From Podarcis bocagei (taxonomy: Eukaryota), in the NCBI GenBank assembly GCA_964188305.1, contig OZ076885.1: DNA of 64,000 nucleotides; one strand, 5' to 3'. Under the pieces are notes generated by a model, which saw nothing but the letters and a program-made list of their open reading frames with translations, ran no database searches and was not told where the DNA came from. The translations under genes were made by a program, and so were the position numbers. This document shows positions 11,401 to 23,477 of this stretch, in pieces. Numbering within the stretch: the stretch's first letter is position 1; every line of letters begins with the position of its first letter.

Positions 11401-14400
11401 ATAATCTTTAGGGGGCCACATGCAAGTAGTGTGAAGGGGTTAAAGAAGCAAAAGTGGTAGAGCAGCGGATGTGACTGACTCTTGAGTGGAATATAACCTG
11501 CTGTGAGATGCTAAGAGTCACAGATTTCTACACCCACCTACATAAGCACTTGAAGAGGGTGTGGAGCAGGACTAGAGAAGGGTGTGACCTGTATGTGGCT
11601 TGGGGAGAGAGAGAGGCCTAAGAGCCAGATAGGTCGTATCGGCACTATACATTTAAAGCTGTTTCATACCACTTTATTTATTTTAATTTTTTATTTATAC
11701 TTTTCAGGTTTATACATTTCACTGATTTTACAATCATTTTGACATTTCAAAGCCTGACTTCCTTCCCCCTCTTTCTGCAGTTCCTTAAATTTATTTTTAA
11801 TATCTTCTGCATATCCAAATTAACTTACTCATCTTCTTTAAATATATACTCTTATGAAAATGCAGGTTATTACAATAATCCTGCCAATGTTCTTCTTTGT
11901 TTACAATTTATCTGTAAATATTCAATAAACCATTCCCATTCTTTTATTAAAAGTTTGTTATCTTTATTTCTTATTCTTCCGTTAAGTTTCGCCATTTCTG
12001 CATATTCCATAAGTTTTTGTATCCATTCTGCCTTTGCTGGAACTTCTGCTTATTTCCATTTTGGGGCAAGTAACATTCTTGCCGCTGTAGTAGCATACAT
12101 GAATAAGTTTCTGTACAGTTTAGGCAGTTCTGTCCCCATAATTCCCCCAAAAAAGGCTTCTGTTGTTTTTTTTTACAAACGTTATTTTAAACACTTTTCA
12201 TTTCATTATATATCATTTTCCAGTAAGCTTTAACCTTACTACAAGACCACGACATATGATAAAAAGAACCTCCTTTGTTTTTACATTTCCAACACTTATT
12301 TAATTTAGATTTATACATTTTTGCCAATTTACTCGGTGTTAGATACCATCGGTATATCATTTTCATATAATTTTCTCTTAGACCATGTTTCATACCACTT
12401 TAAACAGTCATGTCTTCCCCCAAAGAATCCTGGGAAGTGTAGTTTAAGGATGCTAAGAGTTGTTAAGAGATTCTTATCCCCTTCAAAGAGCTACAATTTC
12501 CAGAACTGCTTAACAATCAGTCCCTCTTCCCAGGGAACTATGCTTACAATGCTGGAAACAGGAATTTTTCACTCAGTCATGTACTTAGGGGAATTAAGAA
12601 GTAGGAACAGGATATGGGACCAGAGTAAGGCAGGGTGGAGTGTGGCCAAGACTTGCCTATGAAGACTTGGGGAATATTTGCATATGCAACATTGTTTGTT
12701 GCACTGACTTTGGGCAATATGTACCAATAAGTTGAAGACCCAGGGCAGTTTGCCCCTTGTTATAAAGGGAGCTCCAGCATGGACTACATTATTGTCCTCT
12801 TATAGGTCTTTGACAGCTTGCAGGTCTTGTACTTAGAAACTTGTTTTATCTCGCTTAAAGTTGTGTTTACCCCTGCAGCTGGATACGCTACAAGTACAAA
12901 CTGCTGTTCAGAAATCCCAAAAGCAACAACAGGGTTCATATGGAGGAGAGTGCTCGAGACCCATGCAAGGAGGAATGGCTATGGAACTATAACCTTAATG
13001 AAGTCAATGTCTTCAGTTTGTTTGATGAATTTCTGGAGATGAGTAAGTGAAATTCAACTGAAAGATTTGGGTAAGGGTGAAATGCTAGACTAAATTGGGA
13101 CAGGACTCAACATTCTGTCATTGGCACTCCCATTACATTACTAAGCTAGCTAGGTATTTGGCCAAACTAGATTGGCTGATGGTTTTCAAAGAGATTGAAG
13201 TGGAGTGTTGTACAGTCATTTTTTCCCTTCCCTCTATTGCCTTGGGTCAAACAGGTTTCTGAAATCTTTGAATAGAGATGATAGTTTGGATGTATGTGCA
13301 CAAAAAATGAACACTCCTTCTATCAAAACTTCAGCTCACTGAATATGCTTGTTCTATCTAGATTACAAAGAGAATGTTAGGGCCTGCAGCAGGACTGTTT
13401 CCTCTATGCAATTAAAAACAAACACTGAAAAATTCCAGTTACAGATAGGTAGCCGTGTTGGTCTGCCATAGTCAAAATAAAAAAATTCCTTCCAGTAGCA
13501 CCTTAAAGACCAACTAAGTTAGTTCTTGGTATGAGCTTTCAGATAGGTATCTGAAGAAGTGTGCTGCCTCTTTTCAGTGTTCTCTTTTTAAATCCTCAGT
13601 GATCCAGTACAGCTTCACCACTATTTTTGTGGCTGCCTTTCCCCTTGCTCCACTCCTGGCCTTTATCAACAATCTCATCGAAATTCGACTAGATGCTATC
13701 AAGATGGTGAGATTGCAGAGGCGTATGGTTCCCAGGACAGCAAATGATATTGGTAAGCTGAGGATTAAGGAGAGGGGCTTCTACTTCAGACCACTGAGGA
13801 GAGGCTTTCATTTTACCCCAATATTATTAGTGGTCATACTTAACTCTTTTCAAAGTGGTAGATTATTTAGGGAAGGAGCTGAATTAAGAGCTTACTCGGG
13901 GGGAGGGGGAGGAAAGAGTATGTACAGGTTTCCGGGGCACTGGGGTAGATGAAGTGCATTCTGCCACTCAAGCTAAACTTGGACCACAAAACTCTAGGGG
14001 GAAGAAGACGTTAAGAAACCATCACTGTGGGTCAGTGTAACTTGTACAGAAACCTGTGACAGAAATGTAGAGGAGGCCCTAACTGTCTTACCAGCCAAAT
14101 TTGATGAAAAGCACTCCTAGCCACTGACGTTACCTAGGCCTCTACTGACAGAGAAGAATTCAGAAATAACTCCAGACTACAAATCTGCTCCTTCAGGGGG
14201 AAAATGGCCCTGTCCAAAGCAAGAAGTTGACCAATCCTCTGGACAAAGATATTACATTGTTAGATTGTGGAGAGGAGGGAGGGTTAATTAAAGTTGAGGC
14301 AAATGCCATCTGCTTGAGGGAATGTGTTTCTCTTATTTTCTCCCCTGTTGCAGGTACCTGGTTGCTGATTCTGGAGGCAATTGGTATTTTAGCTGTCATT

Positions 14401-17400
14401 GGCAATGGTATGGTAATTGCCATCACCTCAGACTTCATCCCAATGCAGGTGTACAAATACACATCTAGCCCCTGCATACAGAAGAATTACACAGGCAAAG
14501 AGTGAGTGTCATTTGAGTCCTTTTGGTAGTTTTCAAGTATAGCATATATTCAGTTAGTCAGTTTCTTCTTGTGTGTACACTTGTTATGCGTGACAAATGC
14601 TAAACAGCAAAGTTTGCTAAGGCTAGCAGGATAAGAGATACTGAATATGACCATGTCTTGAGAACAATTTTTTCTCTGTAGGGTTACTTCAGAGATTAAT
14701 TTATTGTTATGGAACACAAGCAGCTTCTGTTGCTAAAGGTCTTTCTGTACGAGACCATTCATAAAGTATGTGATGCACTGTTGTGGAGGGAGAAAAGGGT
14801 GGGAAAGTTAAGGCAAAGGAGGAATTTAGTTTTCGACAAAAAGAGATAAGCAGGGAGGAGGCAATTTTAAAAGTGTAACATATATTATGAATACTGTGTG
14901 TGAGAAAGAGAAAATCAATATATTTCATTCTGTTTCTTGAATCCTCCCTACAGAAAAATAGAAGACTATTCAATTATAGGCTTTGTAAATTAATCCTCCT
15001 TTCTCTGGCTCATTTTAAAATGGGATTTTACTCAGATTTCTGGATACAGTATTCATCGAGGAAGAAAGTTTCATTAATTAGTTTCATCTTGCTGCCTGTG
15101 ACTGTCTAATGTAAGATGGCATCAAGGTCACCGTGACTGTTCAAAAATTAACCTAATGGCTGCATGGCCAACCAGCACGTACACCCTCTAGTGCTGAGAA
15201 GTATGTTCCTTGGCTAAGCAGTATCTGCTGTTCTGTATACAGGGGTTTTTTTGTATAAAAATTGTTTTTTTAATTTTGGCACCCCATTTTGATGGAGTTC
15301 ATGGATTGCAACATCCACATGTGTCTGGATGCAGCTTGCTGGTCTAATGCGGTCCATGACTCCAATGGTTGGTATTAGGGTGAGGCAAGCTAGCTCTGTT
15401 GTTTTCTGTTCTGTGCTTGAATTCCCAAATGTGTACTTACACTGTTAGCCTTTTTCTTAATTGTCCTTTCTTATTGGAAATGAGTTCTTATGTGTGTGCT
15501 TATAACCTCCTTAATAAAGCTTTGTGTTTATCCTGGTGTACCTTACTGGAGTAAACTTGGCTCTAAATCTGGTACTTGGCTGCTTGGTACTATGCTACTG
15601 AGCAATTTGTGGGCTTGGGGCTCAAAAGTCAAAAAGTGGACTTTTTGCCTCTTGTTTTTGTGAATCCCAAGGATGTCCGTCCAGAAGCCCCCTGAGTTTC
15701 TCCTGGCTTGGGTTGGAGTATTAACAGGGGCTCTGGCAATACCACCTGGCAGAATAGTTTTTTACCCTGGTGATTCAACATCCTGTTGCAACTCAAGATG
15801 TTTGTACCCAGGAGTTGTAGGGGGATTAAGTATCCATCTTCCCTACCTTATCCCCCCTCCTTTCTTTACAGGCTGCATAAATGTTTAGACTGGGACCCTA
15901 CTGCACCCCATCTGATTGTCACTTTTTTTGTTGTTGCCCATAGTTGTTTGGCAGGTTACGTCAACTACAGTCTTTCGGTGTTCAACGTCCAGGACTTTGC
16001 GAACCATGAGAATCTGCCAGAACGTAAAGATCCCATGGGGAATGTGATAACGCACTGCAGGTACTGGCAAATGTATGGTGATGTTTCCATGCCCTCAGCT
16101 TTAGCAATGAAACTTCCACAGCCCAATTGTTATTGGTGCAGTCCTCCATCCCTTCAACAGAGCTTATATTATCTGTTGGAGCTTTTGTGTGTGTGTGCGA
16201 GGAGAAACTCAATCTAGCATTGGGCTACTCTGGAGATTATATTCTTTTCCCTTTGCAGTCACACAAATGTGTATGTATGAAGACCAGGGGAGGTGGGGGA
16301 TGGAAAATCTGTTATTTTTGTGGAAGTAACTAAAGCCTTATTTTTGAATCCTGAAAGTCAACACTTTATATTGGTTTATATTTGTGGAAGACAGTATTAG
16401 CCATAGATCACCTGAGGTGTGTTTGCAACAAATATTTTCCCAAGATACATAATTCTAAAAAGTGAGTGCTGTTTGAACCAAATGCTGTGTGGAGTCACAG
16501 TTTACTGATCCAATTCCAGATGTGGTTGCAGGAAAATGAATTCTACTTTAAGAGAGGAACATGGCTTGCCTGCAATATTCACTGCAGTGTCAGAGTAGAC
16601 ATGGCAGAAACACAGAACCTGCTAGCTGGGAAAAGCAACCTGCCAGTGCTCTACTTATGATCCTGTCCTTTATCATTACATTGACTGGGAGGGGCTCCAC
16701 TTCAAGTGACATGTTGGAGCCCTGCTTGCTGACAGACTTCATCATCATTCATATAAGTAGCAGCAAGACTTTCTTGAAGGAGGGACAGAAAGAAGGAGTG
16801 GCAAGCAGGGAAAGAAGCATTTGATTGCTTTTAACATCTCAAAGTCTTGCATGTATTGCCCAGTATTAGATGCCCTACTATCTGATAGATAGGACAGTAC
16901 TCTCTTAGTACTAGTTTATGACTGAACAGTACTGATTATTGTTCTCTCATCAGATTTAGCTTCTGAAAACTGTACAGTACTTTTTTTTTAACATCACTTT
17001 TCTGCTTCATAAAGCCCCCAAAGCAGCTTACAAAAGTTAAAAACAACAAATATCAGTAAATTCCCCATAAGGGCAAACATTGGGCAAACATCCAAAGAAA
17101 TAGCTGTTAGCAGTGCTTTTTTTCTTAAAAAAATATGTTTAGGGGTACTCTCATTTTGACTCAAGAAAATCACCATTTTATAGTTCAAATCAGGAAAAAT
17201 AAATACAGTAAATGGACAAAAGTACAAAGATTCACAAAATGTTTAGAGGTATGCATAACCCTGTGTATCCTCAGAAAAAAAGCACTGGCTGTTAGTCTGT
17301 TGCAGCAAAGAAAACCACAATCCTTTGTTGTCAAAAGAAGACACTAAAAACAACACGTTTCAAACAAATAACTGGATTTCTGTAATAGGCAATACATACT

Positions 17401-20040
17401 GCAGCATTTATGTGTTGCTTTTGCCCTTCCTGTAGGTACCGAGATTACAGGAACAATGAGGACTACAGCCATACTGTTGAGTTTTGGCATATTCTTGCAG
17501 CCCGCCTTTCCTTCCTTATCTTGTTTGAAGTAAGTATTTTTGTTGTAAAAGCTCTAGTATGTTAGTTTTCAGCTGAACATAAATGTGAGTGTGAAGGAAC
17601 ATTTACATTTAGGCTCCTTAAGAGTGTAACTTCATTGATCATAGCTTAGGGCAACATTTGTGGAATAATCTTGGGTCACATTCAGCCAAGTATGACCAGG
17701 GTATCCCCAACCATGCTTCTCATTCTCAAAGTAATGCACTCTGAAAAAGCTTTCATATATGAGAAGAAATAAATATACTCTATTCCTTTTAGAGATGATT
17801 CCCTTGCTAACAGCCAGATCACATTCTGTAGAATATTGGACTTGGCAAAGCAGCAGGCAGTAGGGAATGGAGAAACTTTTTATTTTGTAGAACTGTTAAA
17901 TTATTTTAAGTTTTGTGTTTCACTCTTTGTCCACAGAGCTCTGTATGTCCATGCAAATAAGGTTTCTATGTTGTTTGCCATCCAGGTACTGGACATTATA
18001 AGCCGTCTTAACTTTGGAGATGAAATATCTCTTTCAGTGTGTTCTGAGTCCAGGAACAGAAACTCTGCCAGTTAGCGAGGGGCAACTATACATGGACTTG
18101 ACTATCTTTCCCAGGACTAAACAAAGTCTGTGTTGAATGATAATTGGGGCATCGCTTTAGATTTCCTCTGGACACGACCTAATAGTGGGTTTATAATTGA
18201 CTGTTCAGTCCTTTCACAGTCAGTGGAGGGACTTAGATTAATGTCGATCCATGACGCTTAGTTGCCATGATGTAGTAAAACACACAAGTGTCCAAAAGAA
18301 CCAATGTAAAGCAGTTAAGAACAGCAGGTTGCTTACTGTTGGTCATTATCTAGACCAACAATTGTATTGTTGAGTTACTTTTACATGGCATAGGGACTAT
18401 TGTAATCAAGCAGTATATAAATTGCTTAAATGAACAAATTAGATGGTGATTGCAGTATGTCTCCTGTAAGGAATAAAATCTGATTCTGTTGGCTCTTTGC
18501 AGCATGTGGCCCTTTGCATCAAACTGATTGCAGCCTGGTTTGTGCCTGATGTCCCCAGGGTCATTAAGAACCTGCATCTACAACAAAAACGTGAAAGGCT
18601 GTTGAAAAGACTCAGGTGTGTGTTTTATCCGAGTACGATTCTCTTGAGAGGCAAACAATGGACAATAAAGCTACAGGGAGCAGGCTCTTGAACTGCGGTG
18701 TTGTTTGGGGAGGGAGATTGTTGTTATTTATATATTTTTGGTATATTTATTTTCAGATCTTATTGTGATTTATATGGAAATTGTTCAGTTTGGTTGTGTA
18801 CTTTTTGATGCATTTTATTTATTGTTTATAATTACTTTTTATGTTTGTAATGTAAATCATTTCATGCTGTAAGCCACCTTTAGCATGATTTTAACTATGG
18901 AAAGGCAGCATACAAATAAAATGATGATGCCTGGAATAGTCCCAAGTGGATAGCACTACAGCAGATGTTATGGCAGCAGAGATTAATTTTACTTGCTTTT
19001 TTTGTTGTACCGTTATCATTTAAATTTAGTTTAATTTAAGCCTGTATGTACTTCCAAGTTGAGCCCTATTGGGGTATTCATTTACAATGGGGATGGAGAA
19101 AAAACTCCACAGAACTCTGATTCCACCTTGGCCTAATCTGATCAGAGCAGATCATGACCTGGATTAGATCAATAAATTACTATAGAACCTACAGTCCTGC
19201 AGAACCCAGTGCTGAGCCAAGGGCTCCAGGGCTGGCTTCCTCTGTTCATTTCATATGGTTCCCTCTATCCCTTTTTAAAAGTTTCAGAAGTAGTCTTCCA
19301 GCCATTCAGAGTCTGGAATGGCCAGTACAGTGGGTCTTCTTCAACAGAATAGGGCAAGTCTCCCTGGGAACAATGTAGCTTTTTGATGTTCCATCACTCA
19401 CAGAGGGGATGTGACTGCTGTGTTTTTTGCATCATCATCATCATCTAATATGCCACCCACCTGATTGGGTTGCCCCTGCAAAAAATAGTAAAAACACAAT
19501 ACAACCTCAAATACTAAAAACTTCCCTTAACAGGGCTGCCTTCAGATGTCTTTTAAGTCACATAGCTGAGAGCAAGGGAATGTTATCAAATCCCATCACT
19601 CCCAGGGCTTCAGCTGACGTGATTCCTCTGCTTAAGACACAAACACACCCTGCTGTATATCATGCCTACATCAGTTTGTCTCCTGGAAGTGACCTGTGGG
19701 AATATTTTTGTTCAATGTGCAAATAAATCCTTGATGTATCATTTTGTAAGGTGGTTCCATACAGCAGGTGGCAGTGAATTCTGTTTTATCCCCACAGCTG
19801 AGATGGTTTCATGCTCTCTTACATGAAAGTAAATATTCTTGTATTCTCCTTTCTATTTTAAATGCTTAAATGGCATAGGAAGGACCCTCATTGGCTTCCC
19901 TTCCAGGTATTAGTTAAGCCCACACCTCTTTAGCTTTGCCATTTTCCCCCTTGCAATTAAAATGCTGCATCTTCCAACTGAAATTGAGAATAGTTGTTTC
20001 TATATATTTTAGAAGAATGGATGACTCCACAGAAGTATAG
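1008..20040 (+). CDS. ANO9: Anoctamin-9 (TMEM16J), 3' 16 coding exons; 5' exons lie upstream of the window
   Basis: GT-AG exons with consistent phases: 1008-1104, 1497-1557, 3104-3186, 4484-4588, 9123-9287, 9382-9418, 9604-9715, 10231-10288, 10940-11037, 12879-13042, 13600-13752, 14354-14501, 15944-16060, 17436-17529, 18503-18615, 20013-20040. Anoctamin motifs: [54 protein letters not shown]-terminus STEV resembles human ANO9 STDV, and the gene lies just upstream of SIGIRR as in mammals. Confidence 0.95.
1497..1557 (+). CDS. ANO9: ANO9 exon ([20 protein letters not shown])
   Basis: ttag| acceptor, |gtaagc donor; conserved DN.GTV.FAIFM..W. Confidence 0.92.
1694..2828. mobile_element. Non-autonomous hAT (Charlie-like) element with captured CpG-island cargo ('Pack-hAT' copy 1), in an ANO9 intron
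   Basis: TIRs cagtgtttttcaacc and ggttgggaaacactg; perfect 8-bp TSD ctctagaa at 1686-1693 and 2829-2836; no transposase; GC/CpG-rich interior in an AT-rich intron. Confidence 0.9.
2319..2432 (+). pseudogene. PRKAR2A: Transposon-captured 5' coding fragment of a PKA type II regulatory subunit (docking/dimerisation domain), most like PRKAR2A
   Basis: [38 protein letters not shown] versus recalled RII-alpha [34 protein letters not shown]. Similarity stops abruptly after 38 codons. The GYT, PPDL and EYFT motifs favour RII-alpha over RII-beta. Confidence 0.85.
3104..3186 (+). CDS. ANO9: ANO9 exon ([28 protein letters not shown])
   Basis: atag| acceptor, |gtaagg donor. Confidence 0.92.
4484..4588 (+). 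CDS. ANO9: ANO9 exon ([11 protein letters not shown]...[11 protein letters not shown])
   Basis: ctag| acceptor, |gtatgt donor; 105 nt, phase 0-0. Confidence 0.88.
4653..7790 (-). mobile_element. RTE-X-like LINE 3' remnant, interrupted by a younger L2
   Basis: (TTCA)n tail plus aataaa on the minus strand at 4653-4690; minus-strand [14 protein letters not shown]...RLC...EHLFFKCP zinc-knuckle-like region near 7340-7500. Confidence 0.55.
4791..6843 (-). mobile_element. Young 5'-truncated L2 LINE (RT domain)
   Basis: ORFs 5487-6920 and 4984-5481: [39 protein letters not shown]; (TTA)n tail; CpG-rich. Confidence 0.92.
8404..8454. repeat. (GGGA)n(GA)n microsatellite
   Basis: Seen directly. Confidence 0.9.
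9123..9287 (+). CDS. ANO9: ANO9 exon ([16 protein letters not shown]...YLTIIIMSK)
   Basis: atag| acceptor, |gtatgg donor; TM helices. Confidence 0.92.
9382..9418 (+). CDS. ANO9: ANO9 exon ([12 protein letters not shown])
   Basis: gtag| acceptor, |gtaaga donor. Confidence 0.88.
9604..9715 (+). CDS. ANO9: ANO9 exon ([10 protein letters not shown]...[10 protein letters not shown])
   Basis: ccag| acceptor, |gtaaac donor. Confidence 0.92.
10231..10288 (+). CDS. ANO9: ANO9 exon ([19 protein letters not shown])
   Basis: ttag| acceptor, |gtaagt donor. Confidence 0.92.
10940..11037 (+). CDS. ANO9: ANO9 exon ([33 protein letters not shown])
   Basis: ccag| acceptor, |gtaagt donor. Confidence 0.93.
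11677..12385 (-). mobile_element. 5'-truncated L1-type LINE with 17-bp TSD
   Basis: Minus [12 protein letters not shown]...CWKC...YHMSWSC (L1 CCHC tail); A-rich 3' end; TSD tgtttcataccacttta at 11660-11676 and 12386-12402. Confidence 0.8.
12879..13042 (+). CDS. ANO9: ANO9 exon (WIRYKYKLL...[12 protein letters not shown])
   Basis: gcag| acceptor, |gtaagt donor; LF.E.LEM motif. Confidence 0.92.
13443..13560. mobile_element. Penelope-like retroelement terminal fragment
   Basis: agataggtagccgtgttggtctgccatagtcaaaat...; second copy at 40973; family assigned from recall. Confidence 0.5.
13600..13752 (+). CDS. ANO9: ANO9 exon ([34 protein letters not shown]...ANDI)
   Basis: tcag| acceptor, |gtaagc donor; hallmark TMEM16 TM7-8 motif. 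Confidence 0.95.
14354..14501 (+). CDS. ANO9: ANO9 exon ([30 protein letters not shown]...)
   Basis: gcag| acceptor, |gtgagt donor. Confidence 0.93.
15944..16060 (+). CDS. ANO9: ANO9 exon ([13 protein letters not shown]...NVITHCR)
   Basis: atag| acceptor, |gtactg donor; GYVN.SLS motif. Confidence 0.9.
17436..17529 (+). CDS. ANO9: ANO9 exon ([31 protein letters not shown])
   Basis: gtag| acceptor, |gtaagt donor. Confidence 0.93.
18503..18615 (+). CDS. ANO9: ANO9 exon ([18 protein letters not shown]...LLKRLR)
   Basis: gcag| acceptor, |gtgtgt donor. Confidence 0.9.
20013..20040 (+). CDS. ANO9: ANO9 terminal coding exon (RMDDSTEV*)
   Basis: tttag| acceptor in the correct phase; ends STEV-TAG, like human STDV. 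Confidence 0.75.
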
Positions 20041-22648
20041 TGAAACGTCATATGAGAGTGCTGGGATCAAGAGAAGAAATCCTCAAGCCAAGCATCTAGA
20101 AGAATGGTGCTGTAGGCTTTGAAGATGTCAGCTGAACTCTGCAGGCGTCGCTTGATCTTTTGCTTACTGCTCTTGGATTTTACTTCTTCACTGAAAGGAA
20201 ACAGTGCCACTGCTTTGCATGGTAAGATTGTTTTGAATATTGAAGTGTTCCTAGGAGACTACAGGGTAGGAACAATGTCACATGTCAGAGCATGAGGCAG
20301 AAGTAAGCAGGAGCGTTTGCACTGTCAATAAAATAACTCTATTGCTATAAGGTTAACATAATTTTGGTTACACCAAAACTTCCATGCTCTGCTGCCACCA
20401 CTCATAACAGATTTGACACTTAACACCCATGAAACTCTCACAGCTGTCTCAGACTCACAGTATAAATCAACATGAAATCTCTTAACTCTCATGGCTCATA
20501 GGAATATATATTAATATCTTTTCATTTCCTTCATTACCTTGATGGTGCTCTTTGAGTGGAAAGAAATATATTGTTTGTATAACATATATTTCCTTTGTAT
20601 AATTGAACAGCACATGTGCAAAGTTATTTTTATAGGGGCTTTTTTGTTTGTTTGTTTGTTTTGCATCAAAGCCTCCAAACTGCTGTTTAAAGTTCAAGAG
20701 AACTGTTATTTTGAAGATTCCATAATTTCTCTATCTGCTGACATCCTTTTAGAGATTGCTCCCTTTAGCTTTTTAATGGTACACCATTTGATAAAAGTTT
20801 CTTTTGTGCTGGTTTATAAAAAGGGACCCAGTTAACTGTCTACCTCATAAAGCTGATGGGAAGTTTAATTCAGTTCTGAAAAGCACTTTAAGGCCTTCAC
20901 CTATACTGTAAACACTCTTGATTCTATAATTCCATCGAGCCACTAGGATAGTTGCCCTCATTGAAACTATGAATGAAACCCCTCAAAGGTGGCAATGTTT
21001 GTATTACCTCACTCAACTTTTTTACATATAAGTTGGGGTCAGATGTACCCACACATAAACTTCACAAGAATAGGTATATTTTTCCTTAGATTCTTAATTC
21101 ATGGTACTGTTAGAACCCAGTTTCTGACCAATCCAAAAATGTGTGTGCATTTACAAAGATTATATACAGTAGTTCCTTTATTAATTCACTCATCCTAAAG
21201 AGGCCAGCTGTTCATAGAACTGTGTATATACATCATTCTTGGACACAGCAGAACACTGGGCTTCGGTTAGCAGTTTCAGCCTGTTGCATCATAGAGCTAC
21301 ATGTGTTAGAAAAGCTGCTCTTGACGAAATTTACTTTTACTTTTCTGCATAAGCACTAAAGGTACAAAGGCTGTGCTTCATTGGACAGTTATGTATTCTA
21401 CAAAAACTGTTTTGCTTCATACCCCCTGTGCCTTCTTTCCAATCAAGTATCTAATAATACACAGAAATAAAGCACAATTTTAAAAAATCCTGATCCAAAA
21501 ATGTTAAGGCTTCAGGATGTCTTTTAGATGTAAGTTCAAATGACTTGTGTCCCTTCACCTTTTATTATATGGATTAGGTAGAACCGCTGAATTAATGTTG
21601 ATATTCATATGTAACTTATCAACTTGACATTTGGATTCTCTTTTGTTCTTGTTTCCAAATGTTACATCTTACATATATTGTTAAGTTACTGGTATTGGAA
21701 CTAAATCATAGCACTGAGAATGTAAAGATGTAACATGCTAAAGGGCACTTCTATCCTGTTTTTATCCTCAGCAAAATCCTTTGTGGATAGCAATGATTGC
21801 AGTTATGCTCTCTTGCTCCTGAAGTCGTTTTTGCAATTTGTACTTTTGACTGAAAAGATCATGCAAAGTTAAAATTCCTATTATGTACCTAATACCTATA
21901 TTTTTCCTTTCCCCCCTTTCTCTGACAAATTCTAAATTTAATTGCAAGTTAAGCTTCAGCAGCAATCACATGTTCATTCCTTGAAAGCCAATGGGACTTG
22001 GATTCTAGCTGAAACATATCTGTTTGAGAATCTCTATAATGCTGTAATTCTGGAAGCATCTTGCTCAGGGAATGCCTTTAAAATTGTGCCTTATAGCAAT
22101 ATGAAGCTTTGGCTCTAGATTACTTTAACACAAATCCTTACATATTGAATTAGGGAACTTAATTCAATTTGTAATTCCTTAGGCTTTCTGTTCTTGTGTC
22201 ATACTGTTTAAAGTTGTACTTTTAAAGAAAACACAGTTACTCTAAAATATTGTGCAATGTGTAATTTTTATCAAATGAAATTTTATACAATAAACTTTTA
22301 AAAACTTTTAAGCATAAAGACTGGACTGGCTTTATTTTAGTTTGGACAGAGAAGTCAGAAATCTTATGATTATAGAGAGACCTATCTTTTGAGGTTTTGT
22401 ATCAAAGGGTGCTGGGTATAACTCTGGTATAAAAAAACCCCATGTGCAATGCGGGCCATAAGGGAAGTTGAAAATAAACTGAAAATGAGGATACCTTCTA
22501 ACTGATGTAAGATAACTTTATTAAACATGTAACTAACCAGGGTAGTCTTGCACTCCACATGGAAACCTTAGGAACAATGTGTTTCAAAAACAGAATCCTG
22601 GATAGGTCACTAATGCAACATGCAATAGTTGGTCTCCACTGCTGCCTT

Positions 22649-22826
22649 ACATAAGAACATAGCAAGCTGCCTTATATTGAGTCAGACAATTGGTCCATGT
22701 AGCTTAGTATTGTCTACACTGACTGGCAACAGCTCTCCAGGATTTCACACATGGAGTTTTTCCCAGCCCTAAATGAAGATTGAACCTGGGACCTTCTGTA
22801 TGCAAGACAGATGCTCTCCAACTGAG
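22649..22826 (-). mobile_element. tRNA-derived squamate SINE (Squam3-like)
   Basis: Minus strand: ctcagttggagagcatctg...ggtcccaggttcaatc (A/B boxes)...ggcagcttgctatgttcttatgt tail. Confidence 0.7.
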
Positions 22827-23175
22827 TCCTGGAAGTGGAGCCAACTATAACTGATCTCTTATTTTTGTAAAATGTGTGTGATGTTTTTGTTAAGTTGTAC
22901 CGAGTTCTGAAAAATAAAATAAAAAGGATATTAAAAAACATAATTCTTCAGCGATTATAGGCAGTGCTAATATGAAGTGGGACACTACACCTTGAAAGTC
23001 CCCTCGTTACATTATTGTTTTTATTTTTCTAAGAGCATGCATGTATAGACTACAGCTTTCCCATACACTCCTATTTTGCTTTCTTTCCTTCACCACCCCT
23101 GGCCCCAATGTATTAACTTTGAAAACTTCAATTTGGCAATGTGCCTTCTGAATGACAAAAAACTAGAGTCTAGCT

Positions 23176-23425
23176 CAGGGGTAAACAACCTAAGGCCTGG
23201 GGGCCAGATGTGGCCCAATCACCTTCTCAATCCGGCCTGTGGACGGTCTGGGAATCAGCATGTTTTTACATGAGTAGAATGTGTCCTTTTATTTAAAATG
23301 CATCTCTGGGTTATTTGTGAGGCCTGCCTGGTGTTTGTACATGAGTAGAATGTATGCTTTTATTTAAAATGCATCTCTGGGTTATTTGTGGAGCATAGGA
23401 ATTTGTTCTTTTTTTTTCTTTTCAA

Positions 23426-23477
<52 letters not shown>

